A stretch of 64,000 nt of DNA from Veleropilina oligotropha (GCA_048128005.1 JBEUKZ010000130.1:62001-126000), one strand, 5' to 3'. Shown: positions 48,791 to 62,849, counted from the first letter of the stretch. A program made the numbers and translations. The notes: generated from the sequence alone by a model not told the origin.

Positions 48791-50480
48791 AAATTGTGGG
48801 TTCTCTTAAATATTGTTCTCAGTATATGTATTGAGTGATTTATGCTTCATATTGTGGAGTAATTAATGAACTGATCACTGAGACACAGAATTACATAAAT
48901 GAGAGCACATGGACTAAACCGCTGATAAATGCCTATATCCAGTAAGGCTTTGAACACAATACATTCTAGTGGACAACACATATAGGGGATGTATGTAGAA
49001 CGGGGATCTGGATCATCTCATTGACAGTGCTTGAAACAGACCGTCGCCCGGTGCGACCAAAAGTCCATACGGGCGACCACAAATAGCAAAAACATCGCTC
49101 ATTACTGGCACAAATATTTCTTGTTGGGCGAGTAGAATATTTATGTAATTTGCTAAGTTCCTGTTGGACCTGCAACAATTTATTCATGATCCTGTTCTTT
49201 TGTTCGGCAATGTCCAACCATACAGCCATAATTAAGTCCTTTAGTATGAAAAAGTCCAGCAAAACCCAAGAATATCTTTCCAGACAGCACAAGCTGTCGG
49301 ATCCAGACAGTCACGGGACCCCGTCTGAATAAGTTTATTTTAGTTTCAGATTCAGTCTTGAAACATATTTATAAAGTAATATTTTCAAGAGTGATCTAGT
49401 TAAACATTGCAGGTTCAAAATATTTTTCATGATCTTTTCCTTTATACGACAAATTTTTATTCATACATTACAATATAAGTATGCCACCTTTCTGTTTGAT
49501 TCATGAAATAAAGATCCATATATGTTATTGTCAAGTAGAAAGCTATTTTACTTGACGAGCAGAAACCAACGCAACTGTGCTCCAACTAGGTCAATTGGAA
49601 ATGAACATGCAACAATTATTCGATTATTGATCTAACTGTTAAATCCATGGGACTAACAACAGGTGAACCTCGGTCAGTCCAGGCTCACGGGGCTGTCCGG
49701 TGTATATATACGTTTGTAAAGCCAATACAACTACGTACCAATCACGTGTATCTTATCGCAAGCTGCATTTGCCTTTAGTAGAAATTTGCGGTCCTATAAA
49801 GGAAAATAACCATTTTTCATTCCAAATTAATTATCATTAGCCTCTGTTAAATTATATAATTTAATGGGTTAAGTTTCGTTTCTGACACACAAGTCAAGCA
49901 TTTGTGTGTATGGAAATAGCTAGCTGAAGAGGCTGACCCATTTATCGCAAACTCTTGCTGACGGAGATGAACAATTCTTTGATCTGGGGTTGTTGGATAC
50001 TATTATTGATAAACATGACATCAGACAATTTTAGAGCCCTTTGACAGTAGGAAAAGTTCAAATTAACCATGACCCTAATATATACATCGTTTTTTAATAA
50101 CAAAAATAGAAATGTTCATACACAATGACATTGTGACAATTAATGTATTCTGTGATAGCATTTGATATATAAATATACTAGTAAGCCTATTTAAAATGAT
50201 TACTGTATATATTATGCTTTAATGTAAAAATAAGTATTTTATTCAAATTGAAATACATGAAATAGTAAAATGGACAACTTTATGACATTTATGAACATTA
50301 TTTTCTTATGACTGTTAGTAGACGCACTCAATATACTTTTATTTTAATGTCGTTATTCGATCATATGTTTTGTGTAGTTTTACTATATTATATTCAACAA
50401 TTCAATGTAATCTGGCCTCAATGCAATTGCATGGCTATTATTAACTGTCACTGCATATATAGAGGATATCGAACGAGTGC

Positions 50481-50730
50481 GGCCGCTTCGGCAGCGCAGT
50501 GGGTAGAGTGTCCACTCTAACTTCACTGGCTTGATTCCGCTAATGCGAACAGTAGTGGGTTCAATACCTGGAAGAGGCATTGAAATTTGTTCAAGTTATG
50601 AATCACAGTTGTCCGAGACTGGCCGAAGAGGGCGGGTTTACCCGGGCGACAGGGGTTTCCTCCCGCGATAACACGGACATGTCCTGCCTTGAACCTCGAT
50701 GTTGTAAATATACAGGACATTAAGCATCAT
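50481..50730 (+). mobile_element. tRNA-head SINE (decayed relatives at ~44800-44930 and ~58540-58715)
   Basis: A-box-like AGCGCAGTGGGT, B-box GGGTTCAATACC, central GGTTTCCTCC, tail GGACATTAAGCATC shared with the 44800 copy. Confidence 0.65.
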
Positions 50731-52155
50731 TCCTCCCTCTTTGGACCAGAAAAGTGATATTCAATTATGCAATGTAGAAGTGGCTGTCATCTTCCGAGGT
50801 GGACAAAACATTAGTTTCATCAAACAAGTCAATAATTGTTTGTTATATGACTTCAGCTATTTCCTCTCCGACTGTACAGCGTTCTTGTGTTTTAAATACT
50901 GTTCATTAATCAGACGCTTATATTTGTCGCCGCTTACTGTTGCAAAACTTTTCTTTTCTGCTTGGGGTAGATATTCAGTCGTCTGCTATCGCGAACATCT
51001 TGCTTGCTTTTATTTACTCTCATAGTAACACATTGGTTATTCGCGACTGTTCCATCAATTAAATCATTCCCTTGTAGGAATGACTCCCATCTCGAAACTT
51101 CATAATAAATAGCGTACCGTTGACCACTTAATGATAATGATTCTACTAATCGTTTAATGAGCACATACAGAAATCAGTTTGCAATCACTGAATCATATTT
51201 TTTACGAATAACTAATTTTATTGCGATTATTAATAACTTGGCAACATGTCTATTTTAAGTTGATGTCAAAACTGTCAAGCCAATCGACCTTGGATAAAAT
51301 ATACTGTCATTTAAATAATTGATGGCAAAATCTGTATTAGTATACACATAGTTCATTGAAAATCATGTTATGTCATGTAAAATGACTCATTTAATAATTA
51401 CATATTTACTCATCGTATATTTTTCCTATTTTCAGATTGACAAATCTGTGATCAATGTGATGACCGATACAGAACTTTCACAATATATCCCACAACATGG
51501 TCACATTGAGAGTGTTCGAGTTTTGTAAAGCATCAATATCGTAGATACATGCGGAAAAGATAAAAGAAACTCTACTCAATAAACTGAGGAAAAAGGTCCG
51601 ACTTCAACGAGATTAATCATCATCTGATTCTGAAAATGAAATAAAGAAAAGAGTGAAGGGTCGTTTATTTCCTCCATTCTATGCCACACCGGTAGTTGGT
51701 GTGGCCGACACAGTTTGTTTATTTCCTCCATTCTTTGTTTGTTTTTGAGTCCCTTGTTCAGGACGTCGGACATTAGGAAATGATCTAGAGACTACGGCCA
51801 AAGCGCATGGCAAAGCTTTGCATGCCCTCTGATGATCAGTCACAGAATCATGACTGGTTAACGGAAATTCTTCATATATGAACTGAATGAAGTTTCCTGA
51901 CAGTGCACCAAATCTACATGTAAGCCTTTTCATGAATCTTATTAAATAAAGAAATGAATACACCTGTTTTATTTTAGCATATATAGTTCCCAGAGGAAAA
52001 AAAGGGTTAACAATTACTCATTTTTTGCATATTTCGTAATTAACCAATGTAAGATAATTGACTAACTATGACAAAGGGACATAACTCTTGTGAGTGCAAG
52101 GTCAGTGTAGACGAACGAAGTAGATTTAGCACCTTCGCTCTACCACTTGGTACCA

Positions 52156-52308
52156 CGTGTATCATGAATGGTAGCCGTTACGAAATTCGCATCTGGTGGG
52201 AAAGCTCATAACGATTTGTCGCAACGATAATCGTTACGACAAATCGTTATGAGCTTTCACACCAGATGCGAATTTCGTAACGGCTACCACTATCATTCAT
52301 GATACACG
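52156..52308. repeat. ~150-bp near-perfect palindrome (MITE-like); related sequence at 52960-53165
   Basis: ACGTGTATCATGAATG..GCATCTGGTG pairs with CACCAGATGC..CATTCATGATACACGT. Confidence 0.75.
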
Positions 52309-52535
52309 TTTGATTTATATGGTTATTTTGTTTCATCTGTATTTTTATTATGTCAGTGGTTGCATCCCAAATTCCGTATTTTTTTCGGATTGCACATCTT
52401 CCAAGCATAATAATATTTCAATATCTTTAAATCATGGAATGGATTTATTAGAGGATATCATGCCGCTGTATACTTGTACGATGATATCCTCTTTGGTGGT
52501 CTTCTACATGATGCAATTTTGTCAATCCCATGTAT

Positions 52536-52902
52536 GCAGCCGTGGTACAGTGGTAGATGCACTGGCCTCTCACTCGAGAGGTTTGGGGTTCAACCCCGAT
52601 CCCGGCGACTTCCCTTGGGCAAGGAATTAAAGCATATATTGCCTCGGTTCACCCAGCCGATCTGAGATCTGAGTGGGTACCTGGTTGGCAGTGAGGGAAT
52701 TGTCAGTATGTAAGTCATGGCGCTACCCGCGTGTAAATGACTGTAATGCTCCCAGAGGGAGTTGAGATGGCATAGAGAGTTGAGATAGAATCTCGAACAG
52801 AACAGGCCGTTAACCAGGGCATAATAATGTAGCGCTTTGAGCAAGCATTCGTGCATGGAAAAAGCGCAATATAAGTATCCACATTATTATTATTATTATT
52901 AT
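52536..52902 (+). mobile_element. tRNA-derived SINE with L2-like 3' tail
   Basis: A box TGGTACAGTGG, B box GGTTCAACCCC, central CCCTTGGGCAAGG..CACCCAG..GGGTACC, tail GCGCTTTGAG..AAAGCGCAATATAAG..(ATT)n. Confidence 0.8.
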
Positions 52903-53629
52903 GGATATGTTGGGAATTACTGGTCATGTGACAAGGAATACCCTGTTTTTACTATATTTGACATGCGAAATCGCAACGAAAATCGTTGAGATAGGATCAG
53001 ATACTATCTCGACGATTTTCGTTGCGATTTTGTAAATATCGTTGCGACAATCGGATCGTGTCTGAAAGGCTCCGTGGTAATGTGTTGTTTCTATCATAAC
53101 GAAAATCGTAACGATAATCATTGCGATTTTCGTTGCGAAAATCGCATCAGGTGTGAAAGGGCCTTTACGCATATAAAATACGGACGTTCAAGTGTGAATC
53201 CAGTATTAGCTCGCCAGACTATACTGTGACTGGTATGTAGTTTCAAGTTTGAGATGTACTAGCGAATCATTCGACCTGTTAAATAGTAAAAAGCATATGC
53301 CATATATGTCGGTCTGATACCTTACATCTGATGGACACAACATAATTAGCAGCGGGATGCATCATTGGCAGAATCGACCGTGTCACAGGTACATTGATGT
53401 TCTCGCAATCTTTCTGAACATCCAAACCCACCAGACTGGAGCTGGAGAAACAACGCAATCGGATGGAGTCACTTCCAGGGGCATCTCATTCATGTTACGA
53501 ACTAATTCATTGTTGCGTAACATTCGTGATTTGGTAGTTGTGGCCGGTTAAGATAAATGAAGTTGATCCAAATACAGCCGATGGATGGACGAATGCATTC
53601 CAAATCAGGTCATATATAATTTCAGTATA

Positions 53630-56510
53630 AATTAAAGCTGCGAGCAGCTGTGAGGGCTTCAATCAGATAAACGAAATAAAAAAAAGACGTAAAATACAAA
53701 AAAATAAAAAAGTTTAAAAAAAAAAAAAAAAATTACAAAAAATACTAAATTTAAAAAAATATTTTTTTATTTTAAGATATACATATGGCCACTCTGAATC
53801 GAATGCCGCCAATCTTAGATTTCTACGCCGAAAGTGCTAGGGGGCCGGAAAATTTTGAAACCTAGATGCTATGAAATCTATTATCTTGTGCATTAACCTA
53901 TGATGGAAATTAAGAAGTATCTATAATAATGAATGCGCAACTGGACTGACCAACAGAATATCAATGTTTTCACCATATATTAACAGTTAATGAATCATGT
54001 AGCCTTCTGTTGGCTAAATGTTTACTTAAGCCTGATAGCAGAACTTCTCAAGGGCCTTGCTGTCCACTGGACAGGGTTGCCGTGCGGCTTTATGACACCT
54101 CAAAGAGACAGGCTCATAAACTGCCTACTTCATCTGATAAGGCAATTAGCACTGAGCTGGTCGCGCCGAAATGAGACGAGGAATTAAAATAGTATTTTTT
54201 AAACAATGAAAGTACTTATTGTATTCTTGTCACAATTCTCTAATATAACGATCTTTATATAGTATATTTTATGCGAAAATCTGGAAGAAAAAGGACGATT
54301 TTTAGAGGCGCTATGAAGCAATATTCATCTAAAAAAACTAAGTCTAATTAAAGCTGCAAGCAGCTGTGAGGGCTTCAATCAGATAAACGAAATAAAAAAA
54401 AGACGTAAAATAAAACAAAATAAAAAAGTTTAATTTAAAAAAAAAAAAAATTACAAAAAAATACTAAATTTAAAAAAATATTTTTTATATTTTAAGATAT
54501 ACATATGGCCACTCTGAATCGAATGCCGCCAATCTTAGATTTGCCGAAAGTGCTAGGGGGGCCGGAAAATTTTGAAACCTAGATGCTATGAAATCTATTA
54601 TCTTGTGCATTAACCTATGATGGAAATTAAGAAGTATCTATAATAATGAATGCGCAACTGGACTGACCAACAGAATATCAATGTTTTCACCATATATTAA
54701 CAGTTAATGAATCATGTAGCCTTCTGTTGGCTAAATGTTTACTTAAGCCTGATAGCAGAACTTCTCAAGGGCCTTGCTGTCCACTGGACAGGGTTGCCAC
54801 GCGGCTTTATGACACCTCAAAGAGACAGGCTCATAAACTGCCTACTTCATCTGATAAGGCAATTAGCACTGAGCTGGTCGCGCCGAAATGAGACGAGGAA
54901 TTAAAATAGTATTTTTTAAACAATGAAAGTACTTATTGTATTCTTGTCACAATTCTCTAATATAACGATCTTTATATAGTATATTTTATGCGAAAATCTG
55001 GAAGAAAAAGGACGATTTTTAGAGGCGCTATGAAGCAATATTCATCTAAAAAAACTAAGTCTAATAACTCTCAAGCAACTCATTTTAGCGATGTATTCTA
55101 TAGATATTACATTAGACATTTTCGATACGAATAAAATGAATTGCGTCACGTTTCATATAAATGAAAATTAAAGAAGTTACAGTCAATTTAATATTAAATT
55201 TAATGTCTTCATAACTCCTTTTTAATTTGTCTCACAAAGTATTCCATTAGAACAACATATACCGATATAATGCTTTGTCAAAACTACCAAGTGTCGATAA
55301 GATCACGCTACTCAGTTCTGAGAAAAGCGCATTTTAATGTTTTCAAAAAATCAAAGATTGCGACGAAACCATGGCATTTATTGGCTAAAATTTTGCGGCA
55401 AACATTACTTGATATCGATGCGCACTCACCCTGGAAGATTGGAAAGATTTCGTCGAGTGCATTGAAAGATACTGCAGAAATGAAAAATTGAAAAAACTTC
55501 AAAATTTTGTCAAGATTAGGACGCCCGTAGCGATCTTAGCATTGAAAAAATGAAAATTTCATTTCCAAGAGACTGTTGTCTCAATAGTCTAGATCATGCC
55601 TTTGAAGATTTTGTCTCGATCTCGAAAGCCGTGTAAGACTTATATCGTTTTTGAAAAGAGGTCATTTTTTTACAAAATTGAAGATTACGACCAAAGCATA
55701 AAATCCCGAAACTTGAAAATAGAACGAGGCAATGCTTCAATGATGTGCCCGAGCACACATGAATTTTGACTGCAGAAATGAAAAATTGAAAAAACTTCAA
55801 AATTTTGTCAAGATTAGGACGCCCGTAGCGATCTTAGCATTGAAAAAATGAAAATTTCATTTCCAAGAGATTGTTGTCTCAATAGTCTAGATCATGCCTT
55901 TGAAGATTTTGTCTCGATCTCGAAAGCCGTGTAAGACTTATATCGTTTTTGAAAAGAGGTCATTTTTTTACAAAATTGAAGATTACGACCAAAGCATAAA
56001 ATCCCGAAACTTGAAAATAGAACGAGGCAATGCTTCAATGATGTGCCCAAGCACACATGAATTTTGAAAGCTGTAGCTATAGCCGTTTTCGCGCTAAAGT
56101 GCCCACAAAAAAACGTCAGAATAAGAACAAGATATAGCCAATTTTAAATTGATTTCAGTATGGCCGCCGGTTAAATTAAAAATTCAAAAATCCACTCTCA
56201 AGACATTTTTGACAAGCGACTCTGGCATCCGAATATACTAATCATGTCACGCTAGGTTAAATATTAACAAAGTTATAAAAGAAGCTAGTTTATGACGTAA
56301 TTCAAGATGGCCGCCAGACTACTAGCGCCATGAAACTTGAAAATAGAACGAGGCAATGCTTCAATGATGTGCCCAAGCACACATGAATTTTGAAAGCTGT
56401 AGCTATAGCCGTTTTCGCGCTAAAGTGCCCACAAAAAAACGTCAGAATAAGAATAATAACCGGTACAATTTCAATAGGGCTTCAAGCTTGAAAGAGCTTG
56501 AAGCCCTAAT
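53630..56510 (-). mobile_element. Helentron-like non-autonomous element related to the 24-37.6 kb array, with internal duplications
   Basis: AATTAAAGCTGC.AGCAGCT..GGGCTTCAAT 3' end present twice (53630, 54347; ~717-bp duplication); ~300-bp duplication at 55470-56070; 5' hairpin TAGGGCTTCAAGC..GCTTGAAGCCCTA at 56474-56508. Confidence 0.7.
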
Positions 56511-56554
56511 TATGAATACCTAAGTTATAGCTAATTTTATTGCTAACATAAAGA

Positions 56555-56779
56555 TGGTAGGTAGGTTTGTTTAACGACCACTTTTTGACAATTTTTCAGC
56601 ATTATCGCGGTCGGGACACACGGTTTAAGGTCTCACTCCAAACTGACCGACATACATTAGGGATATGCCATCTATTAGTTTTAAGCCTTGGGATAAGCCA
56701 GGCCGGCGTGGGCTTGAACCCACATCCTACCGTCCCACATAACGTTTTCCCGACGCCCTAACCAGTTGGGCCATCGAGG
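56555..56779 (-). mobile_element. tRNA-head SINE
   Basis: Minus strand reads CCTCGATGGCCCAACTGGTTAGGGCG..GGGTTCAAGCCC..GTCGTTAAACAAACCTACC. Confidence 0.65.
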
Positions 56780-56929
56780 ACATTTCACTAACATAAAGAA
56801 AGAAAATGGAAAATATGGACAATTCTTAACACAAATCAATATATTTTCATATGAAACCAACACAAGTTCTCAGTGCAATAATTTAAATGTGAATAAATAT
56901 TCGAATTAAGCATGTTATAACATATTTCT

Positions 56930-57170
56930 TAAAGCGATTCTTAAGTTCATGTAAAATTCTATGTCATCCTCGGGACATAACGGCATATTCCATTATCGCA
57001 CTTGCATTACGATGCAACAAAGATCTCGCACGGTTTCGTCACATGAAAGTATCGGAAGTTCTGGCAGCTCTTCCTTGCACACATCGATGTCAACGGGGTC
57101 AACATGACATAAAATTTCTTCTCCACCATACAATTGAGGGGCATTATATAAAAGGAGGGGCTTTCCTGTA
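56930..57170 (-). pseudogene. IS3EU transposase C-terminal remnant
   Basis: GKPLLLYNAPQLYG..VDIDVCKEE..CDETVRDLC..M, on the same strand as and downstream of the N-terminal piece. Confidence 0.6.
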
Positions 57171-57975
57171 GCAGCTCGACATAACTTTGCGAAACTTGTT
57201 GGGTATGTTAAGTAGTTGGTCAACTGGTGCCTTTTGCTAATTTCGACGTTGTGCGTTGATTATTCAGAGTTATTGCCCTTGTTGTAAATCGTTAATGTTA
57301 TCTTTACCCTAGCATATTTCATATGCTCCTCTACATAGCTACACGAAACTTGGTGAATGGATTAAGTATCAGCTGATAGTTGGTACATTTTGCTAATTTT
57401 GATGTTATGCAGTGATTAATAACATAGTTACTGCCCTTGTCGTAAATTCGTTGTTATCTTTTCCGGAGCGTATTTCATACACCGCTCGACATAACTTTGC
57501 GAAACTTGCTGGGTATGTTAAGTAGTTGGTGAACTGGTGCCTTTTGCTAATTTTGACGTTGTGCGGCCATTATTCAAAGTTATTTCCTTTGATGTAAATC
57601 GTTTATGTTATCTTTTCTGTAGCATATCTCATAATCCGTTCGACATAGGTTCAAGAAACGTGGTGAATGGATAAGTAGCAGCTGACCTGGTGCATTTTGC
57701 TAATTTTGACGTTATGCAGTGATTATTAACAGAGTTATTGCCATTGTCTTAAATTCGTTATTATTATCTTTTCCTGCGCGTATCTCATACACCGCGGCAT
57801 AACTTTACGAAACCTGCTGGGTATGTTAAGTAGTTGATGAACTGGTGCCTTTCGCTAATTTCGATGTGGCGCTGCGATTATTCAGAGTTATTGCCCTTGT
57901 TTTAAATTAGTTTATGTTATCTTTTCCTGAGCATATCTCGTAATTCGCTAGACATAACTTTGCGAAACTTATTGA
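57165..57975. repeat. Degenerate ~150-bp tandem repeat (~300-bp higher-order period)
   Basis: Recurring GACATAACTTTGCGAAACTT..GGTGCCTTTTGCTAATTT..GAGTTATTGCCCTTG. Confidence 0.75.
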
Positions 57976-59552
57976 TGAGCCTTTTATCGTTTTAGCTCCG
58001 CTGTGACGTAGTCAGCGGAGCCTTACTGATACTGCTTTGTCCAGCGTACATGGGGAAGTGCTGCCCAAATTTCTAAAGTTGTTCGACTATATTGCTGAAA
58101 CCCCAGTGGAGCTAGATGGGTCGAAAGACCTCTTTTTGTTAATCTCGCTATTCTTTTTGGATATTCACTATTTCATGACGGTATCGTTGCGGGGGATATC
58201 GATGACTGTGTCCTCTTGTTCAGTTTGTTTGTTTCGTGTCATCCACAATTTCACATCACTAATGCAGGTCTGCATACCATGGATTGTCGGATACTAATAT
58301 AACATGTCCTATATATTTATAGGCCCAACCATTATATTGGTTTGTAATTAAATAAACAATTACTTTAAATGCGTCATAATGTTCAACCAGGTAGCAATCA
58401 AGGACACCATTTATTTAATAATTGAAAGTTGTTTTTGTTTTGTTGAGAATTTATCGTAATTCATATACTACTACAGTAGGCTTACATTATTATAGGCCTA
58501 CAAGGAAATCTCTGATTTCACGAGACCGCTCTGACACTCGCATGGTTTCGGTTGCAGACTCCGAAAATCATTGGCTTAATTGATTCCGCTGACACGAACA
58601 ATAATGGGTTCAAATCTCGGTTGGGACATGACATTATTTGTTCAAGTTATGAATCACATATGTCCGTAACTGGTCGGATTTACCTGGGCTTACCGGGTTT
58701 TCCTCTCATGGTAGTATGGACAGTAGTTTTGGTCGATTTGATTTATACGGCTGCAGTGGGTCAATTGACCAACTCGCCACGTCCATCAAGTGTCGTATTA
58801 TTTCTAAAAATCTGTGCTACGGTGATGCCAAGTTTAGTTTTCACACCTGCAATGCATATGACACATTGTGTATGACAATGACAAATGTTTTACTAACAAA
58901 ATGATTTTCTGTGCGGTATACCGTGGTACAAACCACAGTTTACAGGTAAAAACCACGGTATACCGCGGTACTCGATTTCCCGCGGTACCCAACTCTATTT
59001 GGTATACACCTTGTATCCCATCAGGCCTGGTCAAAGTTCAAAGATGGGGTCACTGGGTTAAAGATCAAGGTCATATTATGAACTATTGTAAAATATATAC
59101 TTTCTGACAGTTAGTATGAAATTTATTATAGAGTTATTGATTATCTAATCTCTATGGATGTATTATATACAAAAGGCGGTCCAGTATGAGGAGCATACCT
59201 CTAGGTCAACGGGGGTGTATTAATTTTTACACCTGCATACATGGCTAACCCATGACCAGTCTCCATCGTGGCAGACTAACATCGAATAGCGACTCCTATA
59301 TACAATCGTAAGTGCACAGTATTAATTTAGAAAACCCAACAAACTTTCGGTCGTTTCGTCATCCTGAATGTCAAAGATCCTTGGTGTGGCGCAGCTATGC
59401 TATCATTAATGTAAATATGGTTGTCACTTAAAGCGTGGTTTCTATATGCATGACGTCCGACATCCGAAAATATATAAAACGTTTCCATATACACGACTGC
59501 GACATGCGTCAAATCAAATAATTCTATCTTTTTCTGAATATACGTCCGCCTC

Positions 59553-60062
59553 TCAGTTACTGCTTGATGTGTAACACTCTAGCCAAACAATATACCTTGA
59601 GAAACCATCGATGCAACCATTAATACACAGGTCATATGGTTTTAATTTGTCGTATGAATCGCCATGCCATGTAAAATCCGGGCCCTTACTTAAGTACTCT
59701 CTTCGTTGAAGACGTCGTTTTAACCGACATGTTACTGCTTCTGGGTCCAAAATTAATAATAAAAGTCTTACAGTTTGTCTGGATGCTGTCAAGCCATTCT
59801 GTATGCATTTCATGTGCATCCATCGGTATCCGTGTTGTTGTCCAGACTGAGACAGTTGCTCTTCTATGAACAAAGGTACATCTAGATTATCGGTTTTGTT
59901 TTTTCTTCGGAACAGGTTGAGTTTCTGCAATATTCGTCGAAGATGACGCTCACTCAGAATTTTGTTATCATGCACTGCCAACATTTGCAAAATTTCCTTC
60001 TGCGTAAGTCCTAATTGAAAATATAACTTAATCTCTTCCGAAACATCCACAAACAGGCGCAA
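59553..60062 (-). pseudogene. IS3EU transposase N-terminal/core fragment
   Basis: IKLYFQLG..EIL..LSERHLRRIL, GYRWMH, LDPEAV..R.KRRLQRREY.SKGPDFTWHGDSYDKLKPY..CINGCIDGFSR..WL; truncated after the second catalytic Asp region. Confidence 0.85.
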
Positions 60063-60087
60063 AGGAAGCCAACGAGTTTAAAGCTGT

Positions 60088-60577
60088 AAAAAGTGGTACA
60101 AACGACTTTTTAAGTGGTACAAACGAGATAAAAAGTGGTACAAACGACTTTTTAAGTGGTACAAACGACTTTTTAAAGTGGTACAAACGACTTTTTAAGT
60201 GGTACAAACGAGATAAAAAGTGGTACAAACGACTTTTTAAGTGGTACAAACGACTTTTTAAGTGGTACAAACGACTTTTTAAAGTGGTACAAACGACTTT
60301 TTAAGTGGTACAAACGAGATAAAAAGTGGTACAAACGACTTTTTAAGTGGTACAAACGACTTTTAAAAGTGGTACAAACGAGATAAAAAGTGGTACAAAC
60401 GACTTTTTAAGTGGTACAAACGAGATAAAAAGTGGTACAAACGAGATAAAAAGTGGTACAAACGACTTTTTAAGTGGTACAAACGACTTTTAAAAGTGGT
60501 ACAAACGAGATAAAAAGTGGTACAAACGACTTTTTAAGTGGTACAAACGAGATAAAAAGTGGTACAAACGACTTTTA
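60088..60577 (-). repeat. Subterminal 21-22-bp tandem array in the right IS3EU TIR
   Basis: (AAGTGGTACAAACGACTTTTT / AAGTGGTACAAACGAGATAAA)n, the inverse of 46436-46830. Confidence 0.93.
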
Positions 60578-61992
60578 TTTAATTTTTTACGAGACCGGAA
60601 TGGGCTTCCGTAGAAATGTGACCTTCCAGGAAAAGCGCTTTGCACATACGGCAATGATGGTTTAAACTACCGGTACGCTTCTCGCGGCTGTGAAATTATT
60701 AGAACATGCCAGGAAAGGCAAAACGCACAAAGAAAAAGTTTTGATAACACGATTCGTCGAACCAATCATTCCCTGGGATCGGCGTAAATTAAGCACTCGT
60801 CGTCTCTGAAGATAATATAAGTATGGAATATTTTAAATTCAAAAAAATGTGGCTCAAAACAATTTATTGTACATCGCAATATTTAAATGATTGCTACTAT
60901 ATTTTTTGGCTCGCATGCAATGCAATGAGAGTCGATGTATTAATGAGCATGTCGTTTGGCCGTTCGTCCGTCCGGTTTTTGGTTAGAGTTTCTCAATCAT
61001 GCTATATAAGCAACAATATGCATGTTCTAACATTAAAAAATGTGTTATATATCACTATTTCATTGTTACCTGGCCCTAAATAAATAATATTTAAATAATA
61101 TAATTTAATTTTACTATAAAATGTTAAAGCTTTTGGTTCAAGTTTCTCAAGCATGCTATATGTGCAACAATAGGCATACTTTTGCATCGTTCTTTGTCAT
61201 CTAACCCTCGAGTAAAAATATTGAGAGGAATTTAATTGAAATTTACCCATAAATTACCACTTTTGGACTTTGAAATCTACTATTGAATGTGAACACAATA
61301 TGAAATACAAGTGATTGATGCGCATTTTGATGCATGCGATCCATTTCGTGCTTTTGCTCTTGTCTTTTATAATGGTACTTTGGGACTACTCTAGCAGCTT
61401 GAAATTTTTTTGATCACAGTTGAACTGTCATAAGAAAATGTTTAGTTCTTCATATTGTGTCACTACTATGGTAATATATGCAGATAATATAGCAAAATTT
61501 CAAGACATAAATTGATTTCAAATTTTTATTTTGGGGGGTGTGTGATCCCACGAACCCCCCTTACGAGAGGGACTTCGCCCCTCTCGTGCTCTCCCTTGTC
61601 GGGCCTTCGGCCCTCCATGTTTGGATTTTCCTCTGAAAATAACTTTTGCCATTCCCATCCCTGAATACAGAGAGGCTGCGTGCAGCACGTGCTGAGTTAT
61701 GTTGCTTCGTGGGTCGAATGGATAGAATCATGAATGACATCTCCAATGCTGTATGACCTGTTCGTCTTTATTCGTGGGGCATAACAAACTGAAACTGGTA
61801 CTTTTTAACCAGACACTGTATAAAAAAGTGTTCAATACGTGGTTTAAATTTTATTTATACCTGCATACAAATTTGAGCAGATAGTCCTGGTAATAAAAAT
61901 TTGCACCGAGCATACATGTGATCAACCCAAAACAGCATTTCAGGAGGTTGAGGTCAATATTCCAGAAGATTCCAAAAGTATTTTTATCCACG

Positions 61993-62390
61993 TTTTTTAT
62001 GCCACCACCAATTTATTGGGGTGGCATTTAGATTTACTCTTGTCCGTCCCGTCCATCCGTCCGTCCCGTCCCGTCCGTCCCGAAACCAGTATTTGCGTGT
62101 AAGCAACTCCAATCTGCTATAACTTCTATTTGCCTTCATGGATTGACTTCATACTTTGTACACTTGCTTATCATCATTCATCCTTCGCTTCTGCGACCCA
62201 TCCATGTCGCCGTATGGCCAAGGTCAAGGTCAAATGACTTAGCTCTTCAAACCAGTATTTGCGTGTAAGCAACTCAAATCTGCTATAACTTCTATTTGCC
62301 TTCATGGATTGACTTGATACTTTGTACACTGCCCCTATGGTCAAGGCTGCCAGTGGGGGCATTCGTGTCCGATGGACATATTTCTAGTTT
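61993..62390 (+). mobile_element. HINE/DINE-1-like element with two internal core repeats
   Basis: Same termini and (GTCC)n as 42113-42331. Confidence 0.75.
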
Positions 62391-62849
62391 ATCGTTGACT
62401 TCGTAATATATTTGTAATTATTTGCATAAAAATGACTTTAATGTTATATTGTAATCTTATGCAATCAAAACAATAATAAAAGTGAGTTTTACAAAAATAA
62501 TACCACTGTAAAAATTTAACTTTTCATATCAACATTAACATGGTTCACCATTGATACAATTAACAGAGAGAAGCGACTTCTCTTTTGAGAGACAACAGAG
62601 CGAAATTTGGGCATCAGTGAGAAGTGGTAATTTTTATAAAGAGAAGTGACGTACGTCTGCAATAAATATATTTATATGAATACCTACCTTACAAAATTAA
62701 TAAATAAATATGACAAATAATTTTTTTTTAAATATTACATAAAAATATTTGTCGCCCTTCTCAAACAAGGCATATACTGGATTGATAATAATGAACAAAT
62801 TAATATATAATATATAAATATTAATAAATGAATTGTAAAAAAATATTAA

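Larger units (their letters stand above)
46401..60612 (-). mobile_element. IS3EU-type DNA transposon (14.2 kb including nested insertions)
   Basis: TIR TACGGAAGCCCATTCCGGTCTCGTAAAAAATTAAATAAAAG at both ends; 6-bp TSD GAAATG; IS3/integrase-like transposase remnants. Confidence 0.88.
45736..61663. mobile_element. hAT-like non-autonomous element with 6-bp TSD, expanded by nested insertions
   Basis: TIR CAGGGATGGGAAT / ATTCCCATCCCTG flanked by AATACA at 45730-45735 and 61664-61669. Confidence 0.75.

Noticed and set aside
50481..50580. tRNA genes at SINE heads (also 52536 and 56779)
   Set aside because: No complete cloverleaf; each is followed by a SINE body and tail
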